Positions 47,694 to 59,094 of a stretch of DNA of 64,000 nt are shown here, in pieces. Numbering within the stretch: the stretch's first letter is position 1; the number at the start of each line of letters is the position of its first letter. The position numbers were made by a program, and so were the translations under genes. Source of the stretch: a virus; the IMG/VR virus record IMGVR_UViG_3300045049_000234, positions 47,180 through 111,179 of that record. One strand, written 5' to 3'. The notes beneath the pieces are model-generated. The model had not been told where the DNA came from. It did not search any database and saw nothing but the letters and a program-made list of their open reading frames with translations.

Positions 47694-48242
47694 ATGACCA
47701 CCGACAGCAAGATCGGCAAGCCCCACAACCCGTTCAACCCCCCGCGCCCGCCCATGCGCGTGTTCGAAGTGCGCTACAGCGTTCCGTCGCAGAACCCGAA
47801 CCACACCGTCCCGGACGTGGTGCGCACCTTCGACGCCGCATATTGGGACACCGACGGCGACGCCCGCAGCATCACCAGCGAGGGCCACGGGACGTACGAC
47901 TTCATCAGCTTCAAGGACAGCGACGGCAAGCGCGTGTTCTCCGTCCGGCGCGACCTAGTGCAGTACATCGAGATGGTGGGCGAACCGCAGGACGACCGGC
48001 CCGCATTCCAGGACATCATCGACGCCGACCCGTGGAAGACCGAGACCGGCACGGCGTGGGACGAGGGCAAGATCTTGCGCGGGGTGCTGCGCGGACGCCT
48101 GGCGATCGACAGCGCACGGGTGCTGCTCGGATACGAGCCCTTCCACCTGCCCGAAACCCTGCACCCGTTCACGTACACGCGGTGCCCCAACGGCTGCGAC
48201 GGCGTGAAGACCGGATGCTCCGACTGCCCCCCACGGAAGTAG
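47694..48242 (+). CDS. Hypothetical protein
   Basis: GAGGA SD; protein-like composition. Confidence 0.7.
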   Translation: MTTDSKIGKPHNPFNPPRPPMRVFEVRYSVPSQNPNHTVPDVVRTFDAAYWDTDGDARSITSEGHGTYDFISFKDSDGKRVFSVRRDLVQYIEMVGEPQDDRPAFQDIIDADPWKTETGTAWDEGKILRGVLRGRLAIDSARVLLGYEPFHLPETLHPFTYTRCPNGCDGVKTGCSDCPPRK

Positions 48243-49012
48243 GCTCACACCCATGCCGTAAGGACGAGTAGAACCGCCCCCGCCGGGCATCCGTGCGCAC
48301 GACCGGCTACGCGAAGGAGCATCGGTGAAGATTCAACGGCGCGACCCGATCCCGATCACCTGGGGCGGCCCCGGCGGAACGGTGGTGGGGTACGCCACCG
48401 TCGTCAACAACGAGATCATGATGAAGATCGAGGACGAGAGTGTGATCAACGTCCTGTACCCCCGGTCCCTGAACGGATTCAGCGTCAGCGCGGACGACGT
48501 CGGCGTGCACGTCCACATCCGCGACGAACGGCAGTAGCATGGCCCCGAGGCGGGATGAGCCTCCTTCCCCACCACCGAATGCAAGGAATCATCCCCGCAT
48601 GTCGAACATCACCATCGGCCGGTACGGCAAGGATGAGGCGAAGAACCTCGAAGCCGGGCGCGGCTTCAGCGCCTGGATCGAAGGCACCGACGACGACGGG
48701 GCGGGCTGGATCTTCTGGCTGGACGAGAAGGGCCGCCCGGTCGTGTACTACGGCCAGCGCGAGGAGTCCGGCGCGGTCAAGGGTCTGCCGGTGACGCTGG
48801 CCCCGTATCCGGCGTGAGTGTTCGCTGTTCGGTCATTCCCGAACACCGAACAGCAGTAGGCTGAAGGAGCCAGCGACCAACTGGTTGGCGGCTGACCCCC
48901 GCACAGCACGGCCCCGCACGGTGTGTGAGCACCGGCGGGGCCGTTGCGTTTCCATGATCATATTAACGTACACCGTCACGATAGCGAAGAACACAGTCAC
49001 AAAGGGGGGCAC

Positions 49013-49603
49013 ATGCCGTCATCCCCACACCCCGACGTCACCGAACGGCGCGCCAAGGTCATCGCCCGCATCTCGCGCGGCATCCCGCCCGGCATCGTCG
49101 CCAGGGAACTGGGCGTGTCCGCCGACGTCGTCCGCCAAGACCTCCACCGCGAACTGGCCAGGCGCAAGCAGGAACTTGACGAATACCGCGACCTGCTCAT
49201 CGCCCAGCAAGTCGAAGAACTCGACCAGGTCCGCATGATGGCGTGGAAACACGCGATGATGCGCCACTACCACGTCAGCCAGTCCGGCGCGATCACCAAG
49301 GACCCCGATACCGGGCAGCCCCTGCTGGACACCGGCCCCAACGACCGCGCGCTGGCGCTGGTGGTCAAGGCGCAGGAACGCCTGTCCAAGCTGCTGGCAC
49401 TGGACGAGGCCAAGAAGATCGAAGTAAAGGCGGAGGTGGTCAGCGTTGAAGCCTTCCGGGGAACCGTCGAACAGCTCCGAGAAGCCGTCGCGCGAGAACG
49501 AGCTGCTAGCGGAGGCGGAATCGCTGCTGGCGGAGTACCTGGCCTTACAGCAGGAACTGGCGAGCCTGCGAGCCGGACGATACCCGGAGAACTTCCGTCC
49601 TAA
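49013..49603 (+). CDS. Putative terminase small subunit
   Basis: N-terminal HTH (ERRAKVIARISRGIPPGIVARELGVS), ERLSKLLALD; directly upstream of TerL. Confidence 0.72.
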   Translation: MPSSPHPDVTERRAKVIARISRGIPPGIVARELGVSADVVRQDLHRELARRKQELDEYRDLLIAQQVEELDQVRMMAWKHAMMRHYHVSQSGAITKDPDTGQPLLDTGPNDRALALVVKAQERLSKLLALDEAKKIEVKAEVVSVEAFRGTVEQLREAVARERAASGGGIAAGGVPGLTAGTGEPASRTIPGELPS

Positions 49604-50918
49604 GCAGCTCCCCCCGGACCACCCGCAGCACCACCTGCCCGACGCCAAGGGGTTCGCCTGCGGATGCAGCGGCGGGGACGACGCGTACAACATCTGGCTG
49701 CTGCTCTCCGGCCGTGGATTCGGCAAGTCGCTGGTCGGCTCCACGTGGCTGGTGCGCCAGGCGCTGACGCATCCCGGCAGCGAGTGGGCGGTGTTCGCGC
49801 CGACGTTCCGCGACGTGCGCAAGACGTGCATCGAAGGCAGCACCGGCATCCTGGCGGCGATCGGGGAGGGGCAGCTCGGCAACTACCGGCGCAACGAGTT
49901 GCAGATCACGCTGGCCAACGGCTCGGTGATCTACGGCTACTCGGCTGACCAGCCGGACCGCGCGAGAGGCGCGAACCTGTGGGGCGCGTGGTGCGACGAG
50001 CTGTGCGCCTGGCGGTATGAGACCACCTGGCATGAGGGTCTGGTGCCCGCGCTGCGCAAGGGCGAGAAGCCGCGCATCGTGGTCACCACGACCCCCCGCC
50101 CCACGAAACTGATCAAGGACCTGCTGGGCCGCAACGACGGCAGCGTGCACGTCACGCGCGGGTCCACGTGGGAGAACGCGGCGAACCTGTCGGCCACCGC
50201 GCTGCTGGAACTCAAGCGCCGGTACGAGGGCACCCGCCTTGGGCGCCAGGAGCTTGAAGGCGAGGTGCTGGAGGACATCGAGGGCGCGCTGTGGCAGCGC
50301 AGCCTGATCGACGCCGACCGCGTCAAGCCCTCGGACGTGCCGGACCTGTCCCGGATCGTGGTGGCCATCGATCCGGCCGTCACCTCCACCGAGGACAGCG
50401 ACGAATCGGGAATCGTGGTGGTGGGCTACTCCGGTGACCACGGCTACGTGCTGGGCGACTACTCGCTGCAAGGCACGCCGAACGAGGTGATCAACAAGGC
50501 GATCCACGCCTACCACGCGCACAGCGCGGACGTGATCGTGGCGGAGGTCAACAACGGCGGCGACTGGATCGGCAGCCTGCTGCGGACGGTGAACACGAAC
50601 ATCCCGTACGACACGGTCCGCGCCAGTCGCGGCAAGGCGATCCGCGCGGAGCCGGTCAGCTCCCTGTACGAGCAGCACCGGATGCACCACGTGGGCAGCT
50701 TCCCGGAGCTGGAGGACCAGATGTGCGGGTTCGTGCCGGGCGTCAAGGACGATTCGCCGGACCGGATGGACGCGCTGGTGTGGGCGACCACGGCGCTGAC
50801 GGGCATCGTGGCGGGGGACTGGAACGACGCGTACGGCACGGTGAAGTGCTTCACATGCGGCCACACGTACGTGCTCAAGGCGCACGAGAAGTGCCCGAAG
50901 TGCGGCACGATGAATTGA
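49446..50918 (+). CDS. Terminase large subunit (start uncertain)
   Basis: Walker A SGRGFGKS, Walker B GAWCDE, VTTTP, RQELEGE, nuclease VAIDPAV...DESGIVV...SPDRMDALVWA. Confidence 0.95.
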   Translation: MKPSGEPSNSSEKPSRENELLAEAESLLAEYLALQQELASLRAGRYPENFRPKQLPPDHPQHHLPDAKGFACGCSGGDDAYNIWLLLSGRGFGKSLVGSTWLVRQALTHPGSEWAVFAPTFRDVRKTCIEGSTGILAAIGEGQLGNYRRNELQITLANGSVIYGYSADQPDRARGANLWGAWCDELCAWRYETTWHEGLVPALRKGEKPRIVVTTTPRPTKLIKDLLGRNDGSVHVTRGSTWENAANLSATALLELKRRYEGTRLGRQELEGEVLEDIEGALWQRSLIDADRVKPSDVPDLSRIVVAIDPAVTSTEDSDESGIVVVGYSGDHGYVLGDYSLQGTPNEVINKAIHAYHAHSADVIVAEVNNGGDWIGSLLRTVNTNIPYDTVRASRGKAIRAEPVSSLYEQHRMHHVGSFPELEDQMCGFVPGVKDDSPDRMDALVWATTALTGIVAGDWNDAYGTVKCFTCGHTYVLKAHEKCPKCGTMN

Positions 50919-51145
50919 ATCCCTGCTATACGGCACGTGACCGCTATGCTACACTAGGGAACATGCCACGACACAAGGAACCCACCGGCGTGTGGCCGCT
51001 GCCCCGCCGCAAGGACACACCGCACGAGGCCATCCCGCACGACGGCCCCCGCTGGATCGCCACCGGCAGCGCCAAAACCATCTCCTGCTTCCGCTGCGGC
51101 AACGCCGCCTGCACCTGCCCGCCCAAGTCCGACTGACCACGTCCA

Positions 51146-51190
51146 ACGCCCCCGCCCGTCCACGTGACGCGGCGGGGGCGTTTCGTGTTT
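51146..51190 (+). terminator. Intrinsic terminator
   Basis: AACGCCCCCGCC...GGCGGGGGCGTT followed by TTCGTGTTT. Confidence 0.65.
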
Positions 51191-51270
51191 CCCGGCAGGT
51201 CATTCCCCTTGACGATGCTAACCACGGTGCGGTACCGTGGTCACACCCAACCGCACCACGAGGAGGATCG

Positions 51271-51528
51271 ATGACCGAAGGAACCGACGAGCGCCGCGAG
51301 CGGCTGTACACGGAGCTGTGGACGCAGGAGATGTACATCCACTCCGAGCGCGCCGCCGCCGCACGCGCCACGATGCAGAACGTGCGCGACGCCGCGTCCC
51401 GCGCCGCACGCGTGGCGATGTCCCACCTGACCGCGCTGGTCGCCGCGATGGACGAGGACGAGATGGAGGGCTACCGCCAGTACCGCGAGGCGCGCCTGGC
51501 CGAGATCCGGGACATGCCCACCGAGTAG
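51271..51528 (+). CDS. Hypothetical protein (stand-alone cassette)
   Basis: Promoter 51209-51238 TTGACG-ATGCTAACC..-TACCGT; GAGGAGG SD. Confidence 0.72.
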   Translation: MTEGTDERRERLYTELWTQEMYIHSERAAAARATMQNVRDAASRAARVAMSHLTALVAAMDEDEMEGYRQYREARLAEIRDMPTE

Positions 51529-51671
51529 CACCCGCGCCGCGCCCCCGGTCCCACCACGCCGGGGGCGCGGCTTCGGCGTAATTTCCCAGGCGGAATGCCT
51601 TGACAGCGCTATCCCTGCGGGCATACTATGGACTTGTTGGGAACGAGGAACCCCGCCGGAAGGAACCCGAA

Positions 51672-51926
51672 ATGACCGCCAAGCCCACCGCCTCCCAGAC
51701 CAAGGCCCTCACCCTGATCGCCGAGAACCCCGGCCGCGTCGTGGCGTGGCAGCGGGCCAAGGTGGACAACTACCTGAAGATCAACGGCAACGTCGAATGC
51801 GCCCTCGCCCGCACCGGCTATGCCCGCACCGTCGTCGCCGGGACCCGCACCGACTCGTACGGCAACACCTACGACCTGGCCGTCTGGGAGATCACCGACG
51901 CCGGTCGCGCCGCGCTGGCCGCCTGA
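51672..51926 (+). CDS. Hypothetical small protein (stand-alone cassette)
   Basis: Promoter 51600-51629 TTGACA-GCGCTATCC..-TACTAT; double GGAACCC leader; WEITDAGRAAL. Confidence 0.72.
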   Translation: MTAKPTASQTKALTLIAENPGRVVAWQRAKVDNYLKINGNVECALARTGYARTVVAGTRTDSYGNTYDLAVWEITDAGRAALAA

Positions 51927-52120
51927 ACCACACCCCCCCCCACCGCCCCCGGCCCGCACACGCGGCCGGGGGCTTGGCTTGTCTTGCCGACAAAGCTAGG
52001 ATCATGGCGGCGGGTGGGGAGGAAGGGGCGGGCGCGGCCTGCCACTGCTCTGTACGGGGACAGCGGCGCGGGAGCACCGGTGAATCGGTGGCGGACGCCA
52101 CCGCTGTCTCTTCCATTGGC

Positions 52121-52150
52121 TTGACTCTGCTAACGCGCCGGGTCTATACT
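52121..52150 (+). promoter_or_regulatory. Conserved phage promoter
   Basis: TTGACT-CTGCTAACGCGCCGGGTC-TATACT, ahead of small ORF 52203-52379. Confidence 0.75.
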
Positions 52151-52933
52151 GGTAACACCAGCCGGGAAGAGGAACCCGGCCAGCAGCCCAGGAGGACCCC
52201 AAATGACCATCTCCCGCCGCTACTCGTACGCAGGCCAGGGCGTCGTCGTCACCACCCGCGACGGCGAAAGCTTCCAGGGCACCCTGATCGGCTGGGGCCC
52301 CCGGGTGCTGCGGATGGAGACCCTGGACGGGACCTGGAAGGAATTCGCGAGCGTCGGCCTGATGGTTACGTCGGCCTGATCCCACCCTTCGCGCGGTGCC
52401 ACAAAACCGCAGGTCGCATACAGCCGACCTGCGGTTTTGCGTTGAGGCGACGCGCCGTCCCCTCCGCCGGTACCGTGAAATGCGCACGAACCAGGACATC
52501 TATGTGCTGCGGCGCTGGTGGCACCCATCATTCGATCCGCAGGAAGCGCACGGGGTGAGCACCGTTCCACCGCCCGTGATCGGCATCCCACCGAACCCAG
52601 TAGCGCGTCTCCCCGGACGGCAGCTCCTCCAGCATGGCCACCGTGCCGTGCTCGCAGACACACCCCATCGGGTTCCTGCTCCAGACCACGCGGTCGCCGA
52701 CGCTGAACGCCGGGAACAGCTCGGCCTCACCGGTCACGGCAGCCACCACCACGGCGCCGGTAGACCAGGCGCGCCCGGCTTGACCGCCGGACAGGCGAAC
52801 GACGCGGCGTATTCGTGGAAGCACACAGGACACTTCCACACCCACGCGCATTCCCGCCCGGCGCCGGTGTGCCAGTGCCGCACATCGTCCCCCATACGTC
52901 CGTGGCCGACCGGACACGTACGCAGCCACCCCA

Positions 52934-53473
52934 TCAGGTGTACGCCTCGTTCGCTAGTTCGACCGCCTTCCGCAGAATGGCCACGCGGGTACCGGGTGAC
53001 AATCCCACCCCGAAGTGCGATGTGGCCCAGTCGAACGCCTTGCGCATGTACGGCCTTATGGCATCGAAACCGTGGTCATCGCACAGCCGCGCCAGTTCGG
53101 CAGTCTCGGGAACCTGTGCGAATGCATCCGTCCACAGTTCCATGTGGATTTCGCCGCGCGGCTTGCGTGTGGCGATCCATGCCGCCATTGCTGTCGAGTC
53201 GATCCAGTCGGGCGATTCGCGATGGCACTGCTTGCACAACAGGATGACGTTGGACGCGTCGTCACTTCCGCCTAACGCGCCGGGGACGATGTGCGCCCTT
53301 TCTAGTTCCGCGCGGTTCCACCGGTCTTGCGAAGTCTGCGGCCGGTCCCATCGCTCGTCGTACGTACCGCAGGCAAAACAGTGCGGCTCGCCTAGATCGA
53401 TATGCATGGGCGCGAACACATCGTGATCTTCATGTCCGTACCAGTACTGTGCAATCTCCCACCGGGACCTCAT
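52934..53473 (-). CDS. HNH endonuclease
   Basis: CFACG...LERAHIVPGALGGSDDASNVILLCKQCH. Confidence 0.88.
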   Translation of the reverse strand: MRSRWEIAQYWYGHEDHDVFAPMHIDLGEPHCFACGTYDERWDRPQTSQDRWNRAELERAHIVPGALGGSDDASNVILLCKQCHRESPDWIDSTAMAAWIATRKPRGEIHMELWTDAFAQVPETAELARLCDDHGFDAIRPYMRKAFDWATSHFGVGLSPGTRVAILRKAVELANEAYT

Positions 53474-55155
53474 GCGGGTGCCCCGGCGTCGGTGCATCCC
53501 GACGCGGCCCCAGGATCGCCGTCAGGCGGCCGTACGACGACGCCCCCTACCGGCATGCGCCCACACGTCAGATCGCGCGCCACGCGGTCCACCGTGGCGT
53601 TGCAGCCGTCCAGTACCTCGGACAGCGGCGTCCCGTCAAACGGCCGACCGGGGAACGGGTACTCCTCGATCGTGATCGGGTCGGACATCCCGGCGTCACG
53701 GTACGGCAACACCGCACTGTGGCCGCAGTCCTCACAGCACAGCCCGTCGTGGTTGCCGTTCGCGTCCGTGTTCCAGTGCGCCCACGGATCGGACACCGGG
53801 CAGTCGTAGTACGGCGTACCGCACGTCGTGCACGGACCGAGGTCACTCGCCACCGCGCGCCTCCGGCCGCAGCAGTTCCGGTGCCTCCGCGCGGATGCGC
53901 GCCATGATCAGGTCGTAACAGTCATCGCAGATGACTTCCATCTTGTCCCCCGCCACGTCGGCGATGTGCTCGGCGGTGAACGTGTCCAAGTACTCGTCCA
54001 TCGCGTCGTACTTCGACCACTCGGATTCGAACGTCTCCCCGCACGACGCGCACACCACCAGGCGCCCCTCACCCATCGCCGCCCACCTTCCGAATCCGGA
54101 ACGTGAACCAGTGCACCGACATGCATTGTCCGCAGGTGATCGCGATCTGCTGGCCGTCTTCCGGCATGGCGTCGAACTGGACGTTCGTGGCCATGGCGCA
54201 GTCGCAGCCGAACTCGATACCGCACGGCGCAGCGAACTTCACGTACACCAGCGACCGGCCCGGCGGGTCGTTATGATCCACGGCGCGCCGCCTTCTCGTA
54301 CAGGTGTTCCGCGATCCGTGCGGAACAGGCGTCGCACACCAACCCCACCGCCTCCTGTGCCTCAGCCAGGTCGTCCCGCAACCGCCCGCACTCCGTGGCG
54401 TAGTGACGCGCCTCAGCCTGTGCGCTGTTCGCACGCCCCGTCTGGCGCACCACCTCGCGTTTCAATTCCAGCAGCATGTGTTCGAGCACCGACACGCGCC
54501 GCGCCGCAGCCAGTTCCCGCGCGACCGCTGCGCGCCACTTGCGGTCCGTCTCATCCCACCGCGCCCGCCGCCTGTCCCGGCGACGGGTCATCTCCTCCAG
54601 CGTCACCGGCTCGCCACGATGGTCATTCACGAGGCGCATCCGCTTCGCACTCAGGATCATGCTCAGGATCATGATCCTCCGGAATCCCGACCCACCCGCA
54701 CGTGCACTCCGTCACGGCGTAGACGGGGCGGCGGAACATCACGCCGAACGTGCCGTCAGCGTGGAGCGTGACGGCTTCAATGGTGGCGTCCGTGATCACA
54801 GTCGGCTCGCCGCGATGCTCGCTCACTGTGGCCTCAACCCCGTCCGGTGGCGCAGCTCGGCCAGCCCGACCGCGTGGGTTATGCATGTCTCCCATGATCC
54901 GAACCCGATGAACACGCGGTCGTGGGGGTCATCGGTGTCCACCTCGAACAGGTTCCAGTGGAACCCGGCGTGTGTCGCCTCGTCGCGGTCGTGCTTGACG
55001 ATGTAGCGCTTCACGCGCCACCCCGTGCACGCATGCACGCCTCGCGCCACAGCACGTCGGCGGTCTTGCGGGTGAACCCGATCGGCCCGAATCCGGTGTA
55101 ACGCTGCCAGAACCGCACCCGCCTGCCGCAGTCACGGCACAGCGGGGGCGCGTGG

Positions 55156-55491
55156 TCACTCATCGGGCTGCCGCCATGCCAGCATCGTGTGAAACCCGCC
55201 CTTCTGCGCGTACTTGGCCCGCCGCGCCGCGTCCACGTCGCCGGGCGCCACGCCGTAGAAGTCGGCGATATCGAAGACCACCTGCATCACGTCGGCCAGT
55301 TCCCCGATAACGTCGCCGTCGAAGCACACTGCGTCAACGACTTCGCCGGTCTCCTCGATCAGCTTGCCGATCAGCGCGCGGATCTGTTCCGACGCGTCGG
55401 CCACCGGCCGCGTGTACGGCGTCACACGGTTGATCTTCTCCCGCATGACGTCGCGCACCAGGCGCCCCTCGCCGGTCACGTGACCCTCCAT
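55156..55491 (-). CDS. MazG-like / PRA-PH-like nucleotide pyrophosphohydrolase
   Basis: RLVRD...KLIEETGEV...ELADVMQV...RRAKYAQKGGF. Confidence 0.82.
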   Translation of the reverse strand: MEGHVTGEGRLVRDVMREKINRVTPYTRPVADASEQIRALIGKLIEETGEVVDAVCFDGDVIGELADVMQVVFDIADFYGVAPGDVDAARRAKYAQKGGFHTMLAWRQPDE

Positions 55492-56509
55492 TCAACGTGT
55501 TTATCCCCTAGTGTACCATAGCGACACTACACCCCCGGCCGCTCGACCTCTTCCAAGTCCTTGATCCGGATACGGCACCGCTGGCGCCGGGCCACGTGCA
55601 CCCGCCACAGATGCCGGGGGAACACGAGCCGCCGCGCCGGGGTAGTGGTGTGGCGCCCGCCGTGGACGGCCGTACACCCTTCCACGTCATGCAGGCACAC
55701 TACGCAGTACGACGTCCGGTGGTGCTCGCGGTGCCGGGTGACGCTGGCCCATATCTCAGGCTTTTGATCCGACAGCACCCACTTCGCAACCTGCTCCCGC
55801 TCGTACGGGCTCGGTCCCTGCCGGGTCTCAAACCACGCGTTCTCGCCGCGCCGGTCACCCCCCTGCGCGAAGTTGCTGAACGGCCGCACCATCAGCACCC
55901 ACTCACGGCGGTGCACAATGATCTCGATCGGACAGCCGTACACGTGGTGGTCCACGTCCCACCACGGCGTCCAGAACACGTGCGCATAACCGACTTTCAT
56001 TCCGGCTCACCGCACACGTCGCACTTGGTGGTGATCAGGTAGCCGTCCCAGGTCTCTTCGAAGAACTCCGCATGCACCAGCCCGGAACACCCCTCGCGCT
56101 CGCACGGATGCGGGTACGGCCCCACGCCGCGCGTGCACCACCCCACGAAACAGTCCGCGTCCCCCACGGTGTGCGGATCGTCGTACTCGCCTACCGTGAT
56201 CGTGTCGGCCATCAGTGATCACCCGCCCGCGTGGCGAGGAACGCGATCTCGTCCTCGCGGTCCGCCGCGATGTCCTGCCACCCACGGCGCACCGGATTCC
56301 AGTCCAGTCCCGGCGCACCGGCGCCCGCGCATTCCCCGTCGTCCTGCGGCGTACGGTGCCACAGCACGATCCGGTCCGTGTCCGCGCAGCGCGGCGTGCG
56401 GCACGCCATGCACAGCAGCGTCAGCGGCGCCGGACGCGCCAGCGACGCCACGAACGTGGCCGTGGGCTCGGTCCCGCGCGGACGGCGCTTGGACGGGGGG
56501 ATGACCGGC

Positions 56510-57025
56510 TTACTCTGCTTCCCGGTCGGCACCGGCGTCCCCCTCCCGCAACTGCGCCAAGTGCGCCGCCATCTGCTCGCGCAACGCCGTACGGCCCTCG
56601 TCGGTAGCCAGCAGACCGGCGCGGGACGGCGCACGGCCGTCCGGGTACGGCCCGTCCGCCTCGCAACCGGGGCAGCACCACTCCTTGCCGCCGGTGAACA
56701 TCCGGTACATCGTGGCCGTCCCACAGTGCGGGCACATGTGGGTGGACCCGGCGTTGACGAACTCGCCGTGCTCCCGGTGCGCCCGCATCAGCTCCTCGTC
56801 CATCGGCCCGTCCGCCACCGGCTGCGCCACCGGCGCCGGGGATGTCTCGTCCGGGTACATGGCGGCCAGCCACCCCGCCAGCGCCCGTGCGCGCCCTTCG
56901 TCGATGACGTTGCTCACCCGCTGCCCGCCGCCCACGGCGGTGAACGCCAGCGCGCCGTTCGACCCGTGGGTGAACGTCACGCTCTCCCCGTCGGTGTCGC
57001 TGATCTGCAAGAACGGCCGTGTCAC
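56510..57025 (-). CDS. Hypothetical protein with Zn ribbon
   Basis: CPHCG...CCPGC; operonic overlap. Confidence 0.65.
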   Translation of the reverse strand: MTRPFLQISDTDGESVTFTHGSNGALAFTAVGGGQRVSNVIDEGRARALAGWLAAMYPDETSPAPVAQPVADGPMDEELMRAHREHGEFVNAGSTHMCPHCGTATMYRMFTGGKEWCCPGCEADGPYPDGRAPSRAGLLATDEGRTALREQMAAHLAQLREGDAGADREAE

Positions 57026-57471
57026 TCGAATCCCTCCCGCTGCGACAGGTCCGCCGGACCGTCCTGGCCCATGCCGAGCGACCGGGGACGGCGGGCGCGG
57101 CGGTGCGCCTCATGGTCCGGGCAGCACTCCTGGCCGCCGTACGCGACGTCCGGCCACGTGGCGTGCACCTCGTCCAGCATGGCGCGGTCCAACGGCCCGT
57201 ACTCGCGTTCGTACTCTTCCACGAGGTCGCGCAGCGCGGTGATCCGTTGTTCATGCGTCGGCGCGTCCAGGTCCATCTTGCACAGCCAGTCGCGCAGCGC
57301 ACGGCCGCTCTCGCGGTCCATCAGCACCGCCAGCGCGCTGTTGCCGCTGCGCACCCCGATCTGCAACGCCCCGGTGGTGTGGCACACGACCTGCACGCTC
57401 TGCGGCGAGAGCCCCGGCACGGGCGCGGCGGTGCGCTCGAACATCGTCGGCGGATCGATCTCACGCGGCAT
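57022..57471 (-). CDS. Hypothetical protein
   Basis: AGGAGG SD; operonic overlaps. Confidence 0.65.
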   Translation of the reverse strand: MPREIDPPTMFERTAAPVPGLSPQSVQVVCHTTGALQIGVRSGNSALAVLMDRESGRALRDWLCKMDLDAPTHEQRITALRDLVEEYEREYGPLDRAMLDEVHATWPDVAYGGQECCPDHEAHRRARRPRSLGMGQDGPADLSQREGFE

Positions 57472-57958
57472 CGGCCGCCTCCTTCTGCTTCTTCACCTCG
57501 GCGTACACGCGCGCCTGCTCCATGGTCATCCCGGAGCACACGCACCGCTTGCCGCCGTTGTACCCGCCCAGGTAGTGCACCCGGATCAGGCCGTTCGGGG
57601 TGGTCATGTACTCGCGCTCGCACGCCGGGCACTTGATCCGCTGCGAGACCGGATGCTGCCCGTCGCCGCGCAGCGCGGCACGCGTCGAGACGGGGCCGCC
57701 GGTGTCAATCCAGTGGTTGTGCGCCGCCGCGATGTGCTGCGCCATGCGCCGCGTCAGGCCGTCCAGCACCGGCGGGTGGTCCTCGGTGGGCGACCGGTCG
57801 GCGTCCATGACGCACCAGTAGCCGTCGCTGTCGCTGCGCGCGTACCACCGCGAGACGATGGCTTCCATGTCCATCACCTCGCGGGTTTCGCGCAGCAGCA
57901 TCTCAGCCGTCTTGGTTGTCTCGTGGAACCACGAGTCAGTGGGTTCCGGCTCCATCAC
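57461..57958 (-). CDS. Hypothetical protein
   Basis: Promoter 57985-58013 TTGACC-CTGCTAACC..-TACGCT upstream. Confidence 0.68.
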   Translation of the reverse strand: MMEPEPTDSWFHETTKTAEMLLRETREVMDMEAIVSRWYARSDSDGYWCVMDADRSPTEDHPPVLDGLTRRMAQHIAAAHNHWIDTGGPVSTRAALRGDGQHPVSQRIKCPACEREYMTTPNGLIRVHYLGGYNGGKRCVCSGMTMEQARVYAEVKKQKEAADAA

Positions 57959-58009
57959 TGCCTTCCACGGTGGGTTGTTGATCTAGCGTACACCCGTTGG
58001 TTAGCAGGG

Positions 58010-59005
58010 TCAAGCGGATGGATCGTTCCGGATGGATCGTTCCCAACCGGCAGCCGCGAACCTGTCCCGCGCCTCCAATGCCGCGTACGTCGCCACCTTC
58101 ACACGGTACTTGGCCACCCGCTCCATCAGCTCAACGTCGCCCGCCACCACGTCCGCATGGCGCACGAACCCCGGCGTCCAGTCCGGCGCCAGGATACGCA
58201 CCTCCGGCGGCATCGACGACACCCGCCGCTCACCCGGCTGGCACTTGCCGCGCATCCACGCGTAGCAGGCGCGCTCGCAGATCCCCGCCGCGTCCATCGC
58301 CGTGTACCGGCCCGCCTTCGCCAGATCGTGCGTGTAGCCGATCCGGCGCGGACCCCACCACGCGCCGTGCTGGTGCGACCAGACCAGCCACTCCGGGACC
58401 TCGACCATGCGCGGACCCGAAGCGGCCTCCGCCGCGTCCAGCGCCTGCACGAACCGCCGCGTCAACTCGGACGGCTGCGGCATCCGGCCGTCCGGCGTGT
58501 ACGCGAACGCCGTCAACCCCCTGTCCGGATCGCCCCCGTAGAACGGGTCGGCCAGCACGCGGGCGGAGAACTGCTCCCAACTCTCCCCGTCGGCGTCCAC
58601 GCGCACCGCGCCGTCCGCGTTCAGCCGCGCCTCGATGTCCGGCCAGTCGCGCCGTTCGGTGGCGCGCGGCGTCATGATGTACCGGTACCCCGGCTCGGCG
58701 TGCTGCGTGTGCTTGCGCAGCCACCGGCCGTCCGGGACGTAAATCCAGTCGCGCCGCTCGAAGTCGTAATCGTTGGCGAAGCACCACTGCAAGTACTCGC
58801 GCCGGTTGAACGCGATGACGTACACCGGCTGCGGCGGTGAGTCCGCGTCCGCGTCGTCCCCGCCGTCCGCGTCCGGCACGCCTTCGGGGTTCTTGCGCTC
58901 GGCGTTGCGGTCGCGTTCCTCAGCGCCCTGCGTCTCACGTTCGGGCGTCTGTTCCCGGCGCGTGCCCGACGGGTCGATGTGGTCGGCGTCACGGTTGCTC
59001 ATGAT
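58010..59005 (-). CDS. Hypothetical multi-domain protein
   Basis: GGAGGACCC SD; WLVWSHQHGAWWGP..GYTHDLAKAGRYT motif. Confidence 0.7.
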   Translation of the reverse strand: MMSNRDADHIDPSGTRREQTPERETQGAEERDRNAERKNPEGVPDADGGDDADADSPPQPVYVIAFNRREYLQWCFANDYDFERRDWIYVPDGRWLRKHTQHAEPGYRYIMTPRATERRDWPDIEARLNADGAVRVDADGESWEQFSARVLADPFYGGDPDRGLTAFAYTPDGRMPQPSELTRRFVQALDAAEAASGPRMVEVPEWLVWSHQHGAWWGPRRIGYTHDLAKAGRYTAMDAAGICERACYAWMRGKCQPGERRVSSMPPEVRILAPDWTPGFVRHADVVAGDVELMERVAKYRVKVATYAALEARDRFAAAGWERSIRNDPSA

Positions 59006-59094
59006 GGGTCCTCCGTTCACGTGTCAGCGCCCCCGGCAAGGTCATCCGATTACCGACCGGGGGCGCCGTGATGCGCGGTTTCCGTCACGCATCG

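Noticed and set aside
56231-58840. 869-aa plus-strand ORF
   Set aside because: Spans several well-formed minus-strand genes that have SDs and a promoter; composition is not protein-like.
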